Positions 10,601 through 19,932 of a stretch of 31,006 bases of DNA are shown here, piece by piece; position 1 is the first letter of the stretch, and the number at the start of each line of letters is the position of its first letter. The DNA is from Azolla caroliniana. Taxonomy: Eukaryota; Plantae; Polypodiophyta. The stretch is from assembly GCA_043228905.1 (NCBI GenBank), contig JBHGNT010000366.1, positions 1 through 31,006 on the forward strand. Reading direction: 5' to 3'. Both the position numbers and the translations under genes were made by a program. The notes below the pieces were generated by a model. The model was not told the DNA's origin. It did not search any database and saw only the letters and a program-made list of their open reading frames with translations.

Positions 10601-13600
10601 GGTATTGCAACAATGTCATCATGTGAAATTCCCAATCTAGATAGTTGGCTCCATAGAATAGACTCTTCGGAAGTTGCAGAATGGTGGAAGAGATAATAGT
10701 GTCATTGGAAGCCATGAATCCCTCCTCTAAAGCTATAAATCGATTGTCCTAACTAGGTGCACAAGGGTTGCTTACTTTCTAAATGATAGGTCAATGGGGA
10801 GAATATATGGCTGTTTGAGAGTGTCCTCGTATTGGTGAGGATGGAAATGGAAAAAAGGAGACAAATGGTTGGCTACTCAAAGAAGAAGAAGAAATAAATA
10901 TGAGGGATGTTATGGAGACCTCATAGCTCTGATACCAAGTGAGAAAACTGTTGAGAACTATTTTAAGATGCCAAAGAAGCTAAGAGCAGCTTGACATTAA
11001 GCTAAAACAAGAACTATATTTCTTTGTGAGGCTCAAAGCCTTCAAATACAAACATGTAGAGTAGGTTTTGTAACCCCTGCATTTATGAAAGGAAATACAA
11101 TATTCCTAGTTAATATAATGAGTTAATGTACTGAACGAGTGGAGAGAAAAAAACAATGCATTAAATGCTGTAAAGAAGTAGTGGTAGGTACATGAACTGT
11201 AATAAATGTTGGAATAAAGTAATTCTAGAGAGAAAATGTGCAGAGAGAAATTGCAGAAGGGAGAGATCAGTTCTGGAGCTGTCACCCTGCAATAAGCTCT
11301 ATCTGCTCATGAAAAAGAGGTGCTTAGTTTCAAAGGCATTTGTTTGCATTCCCAACATATATTCATGTGATGTGTCTGAGTATTCTATGTGAAAGAGGTC
11401 CAGCTACTCTTGACAGCTTGATTCGTTTTTTGCCATCTGACATTCTCTTTGTAATGTAATTACCTGAAATATAACGAAATGATATCCTGAGCATCACTCA
11501 ATAGAGATTGTCTGATGAAGCAATCCTGAAGTATCTGGATTAGGTTACCTGTGGTAGCCTATACACCTGATTGTTTTACAGTCAGGTAGACTTTCCCTAA
11601 ATAAAACAAAGGCAAAGGTGTTCCTTTTAAGTAGGCAGGAGTTGCATTAAATAATTTTGTATAATAATCCGTAATTATTCAGGACTTCTTGAAAGTCCAA
11701 AAGGAGAACTTTGGTCCATATATCCAAGCACTGGCTTGTCAGGAATAAAATGGAAAAGAACAAAATAAATCCGCCTGACTTTCAGAAGCATTTTCATTGG
11801 ATACATGTCCAAAGTATTTCCTGTTAGCCTATAAGTCATTCTCCCATCCATACCTGTAGATCTCTATCTCTCTTATTCATTTATTTGTGAATGCTAAATC
11901 TAGTTCAGTCGCTTTATTAGGGTGTAGCTGTGGTTTCCATAGTCCATCAGTTTACAATCCTACTTTCAATTGATCGAAATGATTTTGTCTTTTACTTTGT
12001 TGCTAGGTATTTTGCACTTACATCCACTGATCTAGAGGAATGGGATCATGGTGCGGAAACTTTCTATCATGAACAAGATATGGTGCAGTGGAAAGATAAA
12101 CTAAGACCATGTGCTGAATCATTGTATCTCACACTTTTTGAAAAATATCGAGAGGTACTTTATTCTTTTGTTTTACAAAACTTGTTGATTTTAATCCATA
12201 GCCTTTGCTAGCTTCACTGGCATGTCAATGAAAGTGACAGAAGAAAGTAACCAAACATCTACAAAGATGATGCTGATCATGTTCATCTTGTTTGTATTGA
12301 TGTAGAAATTGGCTCCATTGGTTGTTCAAATCTTAAAACAAGCATCGGATGGTTGCCCTCCTGCACCGCCAGATATGGAAATTGAAATTAATCAGAAATT
12401 GCTTTTAAAAGAAGCTGCTTATAATGCAGCTGGGGTTGCTAACTATGATCTTTACCATTCAATTGATTTTGAATCATGGTATATTAGCTTTGTTAATTCA
12501 GTTTTATTAAATCAAAAGAATCTTCGTGAGATGTTCTTCCCTATAATTTAATGTCATGGGGGGTTAAATCAGGTATAAAGGCACACTTGCCCAAGAACTG
12601 TGTAATAAACATCCAAATGGTCGCATCCTTCGACGGCGTGTTGCTTGGCTTTTGGGTCAGTGGGTGAGTAAGGTATACATACTGAAAACACATGGATTAT
12701 CTTTTATGGAAATTATTTTCTGGCTCTGGTAAACAGTGAAAATCTTAATGTGTTTAGCACTTATTTAGTTTTATGGCACATATGAGGTGCTACTTTGGTG
12801 TAATGTTATATGTGCTGCTCTTATTTCTGCATAGTGGGGGGTTCTGGTAGCCATCACAAATGACAACTAGGGGTGGGGGCTTTGGTTCAATTCGTAGCCC
12901 CTGGCTTACAGGACAAGAGCCTAAACTACTTGGGTATATTGCTCTGCTACCTTATTAGTTTATGTGTAAATTTTTGACACAAACTATAAGCTATACAAGG
13001 TGGGCCATATTTAATATAGTTGTAATCGAGAATATAGAGTGATTAGCATCAGTTTAGGGTACTTTTTTTTAGTTTAGAAACTGGCACATTACCTGAACAC
13101 ATGCTGGTACTGTACATATTACCAAAACCAGGGCTATATGTTGTCTGTACAAGAATCTATTGGAATTCAGTGTGATCAAATTTGATGTCTAGGTCTAGGT
13201 CTAGGATGAGGTTCAGGTTCAGTGTTCAGACTTGAACGGGTATACATATATGTTAAAAAAGTTGCACATTGTAAGGAGTCAGGTATTACTTTCACATAAA
13301 AACATAGATACTGTACTTTACGAACATACACATACTTTTGAACACATACCTATGTTTTTGTCCTCACCTGTACAATCACCCTAACAGGTTTGGGGTTCAG
13401 ATGTCAACAGGTATATGTATATGTTAAAAACGTTGCACATTTATAGGAGTCAGGTTTTACTTTTACATAAAAAACATATATACTGTAAGTTTTGAATATA
13501 CATATACTTGTGAACACATACCTATACTTTTTGAAGTCTTAACTATGAACCTAAACCTCATCCAAGACCTAAACCTATCCTCACCTGCACAATTACCCTA

Positions 13601-16600
13601 GCCCACAATCTGAACTTAAACCTAGCTCAAAACCAAAGCCTAACACCAAACCCTCTTTTCTATCAAAGTCTCTTGCTACTATGATTTGGGATCTCTTGGC
13701 CAAGAAGGTTAGCACGTTTTTGTCATGCTACTTGGAATTCTACAGTGAAGGATAACATGTTAGCTCTCTCTTTTGTAATATGTAAAACATCAATCTTAGG
13801 CCAGCTCTGTTGTAATTTGATTATAGTATCCATGAACTTTGGTATATTTGTGGACAGAGACCAAAGCTGAATGATAATTATGCTTTGTTTGAAATATAAA
13901 AAATTTCATTCCCAGAAAATGCTTGATTATATTTTAGATATGTCTAGGCTTCTAAGAGGACACATGTACAATATTTTGCTATGGATACTTCATTTAAGAC
14001 ATAATGCAAGGCATTGAGGTTCTACTATTTTCTAGGAAGAGTTTTAGTTCAACTCTGAGAAATAATGGATATCGTTATTTTCTAAAACTCAAAGTTTTGA
14101 TCTGTTTGAGTAAAATGAACAACACGTTTTGCAACAGATAGCAGGGGATATCAGGCAACCAGTTTATACGTCTTTAATCGAACTTCTTGGTGATGGTGAT
14201 CTTGCAGTTCAGGTATGAATATTTTTCTTTCTTTTTCACAATTGTATTCTGTACTTAGCTTGTGGATATAAAGGTTTGTGGTTGATGTATTGGGTTAGAA
14301 TACCATAATTAATTTCACCAATCCATACTTTGTGGCAGCTGGCAGCATGCCGCTCCTTGCACCATCTTATAGATGATGTACACTTCTATGAGAAAGATTT
14401 TATAGCCTTTGTTCCTGTGTGTTTGGAGCGCTTGTTTCAATTCATGAATCATGCACAAGAGTTTGACTCAAAGGTATATTTCTAATGCTTAAATGATCTA
14501 TGTAGCTACTTTGCTAATCAAACTATGTTACAAAGTTGAATCTATGATGGAAGTACTTTACAGGCTATGGAAAATTAAAATATTCTTGTATATTGAATTT
14601 CAGTTGCAGATCTTTAATCTGGTTTCTTTGGTTATTGATCGCCTTGGAGAGAGCATTCTCCCATGCACAAAAAGTCTGATCTCATTTCTACCCCAGGCAA
14701 GGCAATTAAATTATCTTCATTTGAATTCTGGTATTGCATTTAGTTAAGAATAGTATTATGTGTATACCTGAAAATATAGGTGTGGAAGGAATCTGAGGGC
14801 CAAAGTCTTTTGCGCATACAAGTCATGGTGGCTTTACAACGGCTTATTTGTGCTTTAGGACCGCAATCTCCAGTATGCTATGAGTTTCTCTTCCCAATTC
14901 TAGATTACAGTACCAATATCAACCAACCTGATGAGCTCAATATGCTAGAAGATGGGTTGCAGGTACTATCGAAACATCCCCAGATAGAAAATCTATGTCC
15001 TTTCTCTTAATCATGATTCAGCGTTCAAACTTAAAGAGTCCTTCATAGTATGCTACTAGCGTACCTTACTCATTATTTACATTGCACTATATTTGTTTTA
15101 GATGAAGTGGCTTCATAAACCATGAATGCAACTATAATTATACCAGTTAAAACATTCAATAAGTTATCCTTGTAGAAATGAAATTTCTACAAGGATAAGT
15201 TATACCATGCTTTGTAGTGAAATTTAAGCACTTATTCTGAAATGAACATTAGCTAAAGCAGGTTTGTGTCAGTTGCTGTTTTGTCTTTTTAAACTTATTT
15301 TAATAGTGGTGGGATATAAACTTTGAAATATGCCGTGGCAATAACTGTCAAGTATGATTCTAATTTAACTTGTTTCTGTATGCAAGTTAATTTTAAATGT
15401 GCACTACCTTATAACTGCATATGGTCTGAATGGTTACTAGCTAGCATTGTTTCTTTGAAACTGATGAGGAATTATATTTTTTTGGTTAGCTCTGGCACAT
15501 AACTTTGAAAAATGCACCAGCTATGACTTCCCAACTTTTGTCATTGTTTCCACATCTTGATTCTGTCATGGAAAGGAATTCTGATCATCTTCAGGTAAAA
15601 GAACACAAATTATTCCATTGGTTCCTACATCCTTGGAATGACTAGCAACTTTCTCTCTCTCTCTCTCTCTCTCAACTGTGCATTCATTCCAATTAGATGT
15701 TCTTTTACCTGCACATATTAACACTTTACTCTATATAATCTGTCTGTCATTCGTTCTGTTTATGATATTCATATTGTTGCTGTATATTTCCAGATATGTA
15801 TGAATATTATTGAAAGCTATGTCTTGCTTGCTGGAGTTGGTTTCTTGCAAGTACATTCAACAGCAGTTGCACATATACTGAATAACATTGTTGGGAATGT
15901 TAAAGAAAAGGGAATGATGTGCACTCTTCCAGTAATAGACATGCTGATTCAGGTGTGTATCTTCTCCATATTGATGAAATGCGATTACTTTCATTATACC
16001 AACCATGCCTGATTGCTTTTCTTATATTTGTTTTGCCAATTACATATGATTACTTTCCTTACGCCTTTTTAGCAAGTCAGCTTTGATTATTTTCCTTATT
16101 CTTGAACCAATCATGTGTTTAATATATATATTTGATTCTCTACATTTGGATATCATTAATGTCTTTAGGCTGCAGGATCCCTCAGTTTCATCTAGACTGC
16201 CCATCATGTTCAATATCCACTATTGAGCCCTAGCTTTGAGAGCCACACCACATCATCAGTCTGACACACATGCACACATACGCATGCACACGCACACACA
16301 CATTCTTAGCACCTCATCCAATGAAACAAAAGGACATTCTTCGGGCACACACACATGCACATCCATGCGCAAGCACAAGCAGACACACATATTCTTTGCA
16401 CCCCATCCAAGGAAACAAAAAGACATTCTTCAGGCAACTTGAGAAAAATATTCTTGATTCAGGATTCTCTAAATCTTATACATTCAGGATCCCACACAAG
16501 ATTTTTAGTAAGAAAATTTACATTATTTCGTATTATTACTCATGTAGATGAGCTATCACTAAAAGATACAGTCAAATTCAAAATGTGACCGTTAAATAAC

Positions 16601-19600
16601 CCTTCAAATTGGATACAGTTCACTCAAATGGATGGAGCTATACAGTATCACAAAGGCTAATTGTTTCCTTTTTTGTATTATTTCAAATATGGGCTTAGGA
16701 AGAAACTGTAGCATTTTGTATTGTACTGTATTTGTAGCTATTTTTCATGCCATCTAGCTTCTGCGAGTAACTCAAATTCTTCAGGTTTCTATATTATTAT
16801 GATTTGTTTTCTAGAATATGGCAGTAGCTATAGAGTGCCATAACAATGGTTAAACATCTGATCTTTCATGGCCATACCAAACATATTGAGATCTATGATA
16901 GTCAAGTTTTAGTCACCTTACAAAGAAAGAAAGATAAGGAGATTCAATTTCAATGCTTCTGGTCATGAATCATGATATTTCTACAACTAGACAACTATCT
17001 GAAAAGATGCTCATATTCATTTTATTATTTTTAAAATCACATAATCCATATGGTTGTATGTGTGATTAGCTGTGGTAGGCAAATTTGTTCAGGCTAATAA
17101 TATTTCCTTTTGTGGTGTAGTAGGCCATTGTAAACTTTTAGCAATGCGTCCTTATATCAGAGAGAATCAATGTGTCAACCCTAGGATTCCTAGCTGAAAA
17201 TGACTACCTTTTGATATGTTGCATCAAACATTTTGCAAGAGTACCTGGAAGGATATTTTAATCTTTCTAACAGGAAATTTGTTTCCTTTCAGTGTTTTCC
17301 ACAGGATGCCCCTACTCTTCTTGAAGGAACATTACAGGTAAAATTCTCTTTAAAAACAGTAAGAGATAATGTAATGAATTAATTGAAGATTTATTTTCTT
17401 AAGTATTTATTTGGAGATTTATCTCCAGATAATGTAATGAATTAATTCTCATTATTTGGACTTTTTTTTCTTAAATATTTGCTTTCTCTGGAGATAAAAA
17501 TGCTTTCTCTAGGTGTAAAATCTAGAATCATACTTGGTATAATTTCCAGATTAATTGTAAGATTAACTAAATTTTCTAACACCACTAAACTAAATTGATC
17601 TCAGAAGCTTTTAAGAATTGTTATAGCGGGGAATGATGAGGCAGATATTGTGCGGGCTAGTGCTGGTGCAATTCTTGCAAGAGTATTGGTGCAAAATACA
17701 TCGTTTTTTGCACAATGGATATCACAGCCCTCATTGTATTTGGTACTCGGACAGATGAGTTCTGACAGTAGTAAAAGCCTGTTACTCATGTTTTTTGATG
17801 CATGGCTAGAGAAGGTACTCTGATTTATTCTGATATGTTTTTGGATATTTTATGTGATAATCTGGTAATGCTTTGTTCACAATAACTTTGCAGGTGGATT
17901 CCCTCACCACATTTACACGAAAGAAAATTTGTGCTTTGGCATTGTGTGTCTTGCTGACCATAAAAGAACCCCAGGTCCTTGAAAGACTAGAGCAAATCCT
18001 CAGGTGTGGGAAGAAGATACTGTTGTCAAATAAATTGTTTGTTAAACTTTTCCTTATATGGTTGACTTTCCTGTAGTGTCTGCACAAGCATAATACATCA
18101 AATAGATGAGGAACAGAATGGAGTCAGCATGCAAGGGTAAAAACTATAATTTAACAAGAATTACGTGAACCTCATTTTTTTCTTAAAATGCCCATCATTT
18201 TTAGAAATTCTCAAAGTTCTCTATTCTTTTCAAATCCCCCCCCCCCAATAATTGATCTTTACTGACTATACCTAATTCTATTGTTATGTAATTTAATGAT
18301 AATAATTCAGATTACCTTTTTCATTTCCACTTTGCTCATGTCCAAGTATGGACAATCCAAGATACATTAGAGCAGAGGTAGTCTGGTTGGAATTATGTAA
18401 TTTATGCCATGTGGTTGGAAGGAACCATTCTTGCATTTAGCATACCAACAGCGAGGAATTCCTTCTGATTTCACGACATAAGTGCTTATCTTGGCACCTG
18501 TGCTTTGGATACTCCCAAATCTGTTGGATACAATTCACTGATCTTAGTAATGTCTTGGTCACAATTTTCTGCTGCGTCTATCTCATCCTGGATTATATCA
18601 TGGTGACTGATGCGTTGCTCTCTATCATGGCAGTGTATCATGACAGTAGACCACCAAGAGCTACTTATTTACAAGAAAGTCATCCATAGGAAGCTTCCCC
18701 AAGGGAGTACACAGGCCCTTTTCCTGGGTAGTGATCTTGTTAGTTCTAGGTATGTGTAGAATCATTTGTATGCCACCCTTTCCTCTGGTAGTGCTCTTGT
18801 TACCCATGCTGAAGCAATATTAAACACCACTGACAAGTCTTTGTCTGTACAAAGTATCTTTAAAGAATCTAGACAGCCACAATGGCATCAACCTATTGTC
18901 CTGGCACTGATTCCCCATTGCATATCTACCGGAACCTCCTAGGTCTCTAGAGTACGTGGGCACATGGACAGTGTCAAAGGCCTTTTGGAAAGCAATAGTA
19001 AATATTCTTATTATGGGCTCTTCTTTCCTGTATAAAGGCTCAAACAGTCATTATGTGATCCAAAGTAAAAAACCACGTTCATTTCCCTTTGCATAGGCAC
19101 TTAGCTACTGGGATCTGCACTCTTGAAGATCAGTACAGTGGTACGTTGTGCAAGGTGCAACAGGAAGAGATAAATTGCTCACCTACTAATTCATAACGAT
19201 ATTGTGCCTTCCCAAAAATTAATTGATTGAGTGCATGTTTTAACCTGTGTCAGTGGGGAAGGAGACTTCCTAGGCTATTGTAGAATGATTTTCTGTCTTA
19301 GGTTTCCTCTCATTAAACATCTTGCATGCTCTTCTATTGTTTTCTGCTCCAAATTTGGCTGGATTTGATTTCTTCTTCATAAGGGGGGAGAGAATGAGAG
19401 AAATTGTAGATTATTTTGAGGATTTCAAAAAATGAGGTAATTTATGCAATGAGTGCTATTCTTGAAGGTCCACGAAAATTGATCAGGAATCATTTTGGGA
19501 AGCTTATTCATGTAGAGTTTTCAGGTATGATTACTATTCATCGGATTCTCAACATGAAGTGGATGCATCGACGGGCTCCAGTGAAAGTGAAGAGAGAAGA

Positions 19601-19932
19601 AAACGCAAGGTATGATGTTGTGACTTGTGTAAAGTTCCAAGATGCTTATTGATTAATTTCTCATGAATGCTTATTGTTTAGTTTCACATTAATGTTTATT
19701 AGTTAATTGTCAGAAATGTTTAGTGGTTAATTTGTCAGAAATGCTTATTGCTTAGTTTTTGGTTTAGTAGATGATGGCAGCAGATCCTATAAACAACATT
19801 TCTGTTGTACCATTATTGAAAGAAAAGATTCAAGTGTGTTCTTCACTCCATGGTGAGGCAGCTCTTAATTCCTCTCTTTCCAGACTGCATCCTTCGCTAC
19901 TCAACCAGCTACAGCAAATGTTGGGTACATAA
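4506..19932 (+). CDS. IPO11: Importin-11 / KA120-like importin-beta family nuclear import receptor, 23 coding exons, 1018 aa (whole gene span)
   Basis: Spliced translation MALSSTDLVAIYTLLENALSQDESLRKPAEAA...YLKNSINRYW (IBN_N domain)...ISKIARIDYPKEWP...KELSTKRL...LLLKEAAY...QLQQMLGT*. All intron phases match; total 3057 nt. Confidence 0.93.
4634..5800 (+). repeat. Degenerate tandem array (about 8 units, mostly 115-165 bp) of the exon1/intron1 junction
   Basis: CTCTATCTTGCTG-GTAAGT...ATGATT...AAGATGACCTAAATTAGG-like unit starting at 4634, 4766, 4880, 5027, 5155, 5314, 5478 and 5703. Confidence 0.85.
5838..5947 (+). CDS. IPO11: importin-11 exon 2
   Basis: CAG|EIIASRDSSVQRSARWLASVYLKNSINRYWRFRRDS|GTAAGT. 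Confidence 0.92.
6555..6627 (+). CDS. IPO11: importin-11 exon 3
   Basis: CAG|ALSDSERSYVRNKLLELIREEDNQ|GTCAC. Confidence 0.9.
6771..6832 (+). CDS. IPO11: importin-11 exon 4
   Basis: CAG|IALQLALVISKIARIDYPKE(W)|GTAAAA. Confidence 0.92.
7303..7454. repeat. Long inverted repeat (68-bp arms, 16-nt loop) in intron 4
   Basis: 7303-7370 matches the reverse complement of 7387-7454 at 59/68 positions, ungapped. Confidence 0.9.
7766..7907 (+). CDS. IPO11: importin-11 exon 5
   Basis: CAG|PDIFAVLVQKLQ...KELSTKRLIADQKNLME|GTGAAT. Confidence 0.92.
8339..8560 (+). CDS. IPO11: importin-11 exon 6
   Basis: CAG|VTSHLFDYTW...CERWLLCLK...GFPSDAKTVQ|GTGAAA. Confidence 0.92.
8671..8737 (+). CDS. IPO11: importin-11 exon 7
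   Basis: CAG|EVPAVKQVCPHFVQQIKYFVGY|GTGAGG; phase fits both neighbours. Confidence 0.87.
8883..9279 (+). CDS. IPO11: importin-11 exon 8
   Basis: CAG|SALQEGHP...KACLKLLK...HPYTF...LLLCDILVR|GTTAGA. Confidence 0.92.
9820..10941 (-). mobile_element. Internally deleted Ty1/Copia LTR retrotransposon in intron 8 (PBS, gag N-terminus, RT fragment, PPT); LTR limits unclear
   Basis: tRNA-Met PBS TGGTATCAGAGC at 10937-10926; gag-like GANYLDWEFHM...LWSIVKG; RT motifs VDYEDT, QMDVKSTFLKGEL, LKKALHGLKKTPKA and LYIDDLL; PPT TGAGAGGAGG followed by TGTTG at 9820. Confidence 0.85.
12007..12154 (+). CDS. IPO11: importin-11 exon 9
   Basis: TAG|YFALTSTDLEEW...LRPCAESLYLTLFEKYRE|GTACTT. Confidence 0.92.
12306..12478 (+). 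CDS. IPO11: importin-11 exon 10
   Basis: TAG|KLAPLVVQIL...LLLKEAAYNA...IDFES(W)|GTATAT. Confidence 0.92.
12573..12672 (+). CDS. IPO11: importin-11 exon 11
   Basis: CAG|YKGTLAQELCNKHPNGRILRRRVAWLLGQWVSK|GTATAC. Confidence 0.9.
13168..13602. mobile_element. MITE-like element with subterminal inverted repeats and an internal ~125-bp direct duplication, intron 11
   Basis: 13198-13221 vs reverse complement of 13546-13569 match 22/24; direct repeats 13235-13360 and 13406-13533. Confidence 0.65.
14138..14212 (+). CDS. IPO11: importin-11 exon 12
   Basis: CAG|IAGDIRQPVYTSLIELLGDGDLAVQ|GTATGA. Confidence 0.9.
14339..14473 (+). CDS. IPO11: importin-11 exon 13
   Basis: CAG|LAACRSLHHLIDD...QEFDSK|GTATAT. 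Confidence 0.92.
14604..14696 (+). CDS. IPO11: importin-11 exon 14 (followed by a GC donor)
   Basis: CAG|LQIFNLVSLVIDRLGESILPCTKSLISFLPQ|GCAAGG. Confidence 0.85.
14780..14962 (+). CDS. IPO11: importin-11 exon 15
   Basis: TAG|VWKESEGQSLLRIQ...PDELNMLEDGLQ|GTACTA. Confidence 0.92.
15490..15594 (+). CDS. IPO11: importin-11 exon 16
   Basis: TAG|LWHITLKNAPAMTSQLLSLFPHL...DHLQ|GTAAAA. Confidence 0.92.
15652..15673 (+). repeat. (TC)n microsatellite, intron 16
   Basis: About 11 TC units. Confidence 0.9.
15794..15952 (+). CDS. IPO11: importin-11 exon 17
   Basis: CAG|ICMNIIESYVLL...VGNVKEKG...LPVIDMLIQ|GTGTGT. Confidence 0.92.
16265..16436 (+). repeat. Two-copy ~85-90-bp tandem duplication with CA-rich head, intron 17
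   Basis: cacacatgcac...attctt(a/t)gcacc(t/c)catccaa(t/g)gaaacaaaa(g/a)gacattcttc(g/a)ggca occurs twice. Confidence 0.8.
17293..17337 (+). CDS. IPO11: importin-11 exon 18 (45 nt)
   Basis: CAG|CFPQDAPTLLEGTLQ|GTAAAA. Confidence 0.85.
17605..17814 (+). CDS. IPO11: importin-11 exon 19
   Basis: CAG|KLLRIVIAG...AILARVLVQN...DAWLEK|GTACTC. Confidence 0.92.
17894..18003 (+). CDS. IPO11: importin-11 exon 20
   Basis: CAG|VDSLTTFTRKKICALAL...PQVLERLEQIL|GTGTGG. Confidence 0.92.
18077..18136 (+). CDS. IPO11: importin-11 exon 21
   Basis: TAG|VCTSIIHQIDEEQNGVSMQ|GTAAAA. Confidence 0.85.
18320..19130 (-). mobile_element. Highly decayed RTE/L2-like LINE RT relic in intron 21 (limits approximate)
   Basis: Minus strand about 19066-18905 reads TLDHIMTV*AFIQERRAHNKNIYYCF / FQKAFDTV ... 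EVPVDMQWGI, a non-LTR RT signature with a stop and a frameshift. Confidence 0.6.
19525..19609 (+). CDS. IPO11: importin-11 exon 22 (acidic/Ser-rich loop)
   Basis: CAG|YDYYSSDSQHEVDASTGSSESEERRKRK|GTATGA; phase fits. Confidence 0.82.
19771..19932 (+). CDS. IPO11: importin-11 exon 23 (last coding exon)
   Basis: TAGTAG|MMAADPINNISVVPLLKEKIQVCSSLHGE...LHPSLLNQLQQMLGT-TAA. Confidence 0.88.
   Translation: MMAADPINNISVVPLLKEKIQVCSSLHGEAALNSSLSRLHPSLLNQLQQMLGT

Noticed and set aside
16236-16588. Three overlapping His/Thr-rich ORFs
   Set aside because: Artefacts of the CA-rich tandem duplication in intron 17.
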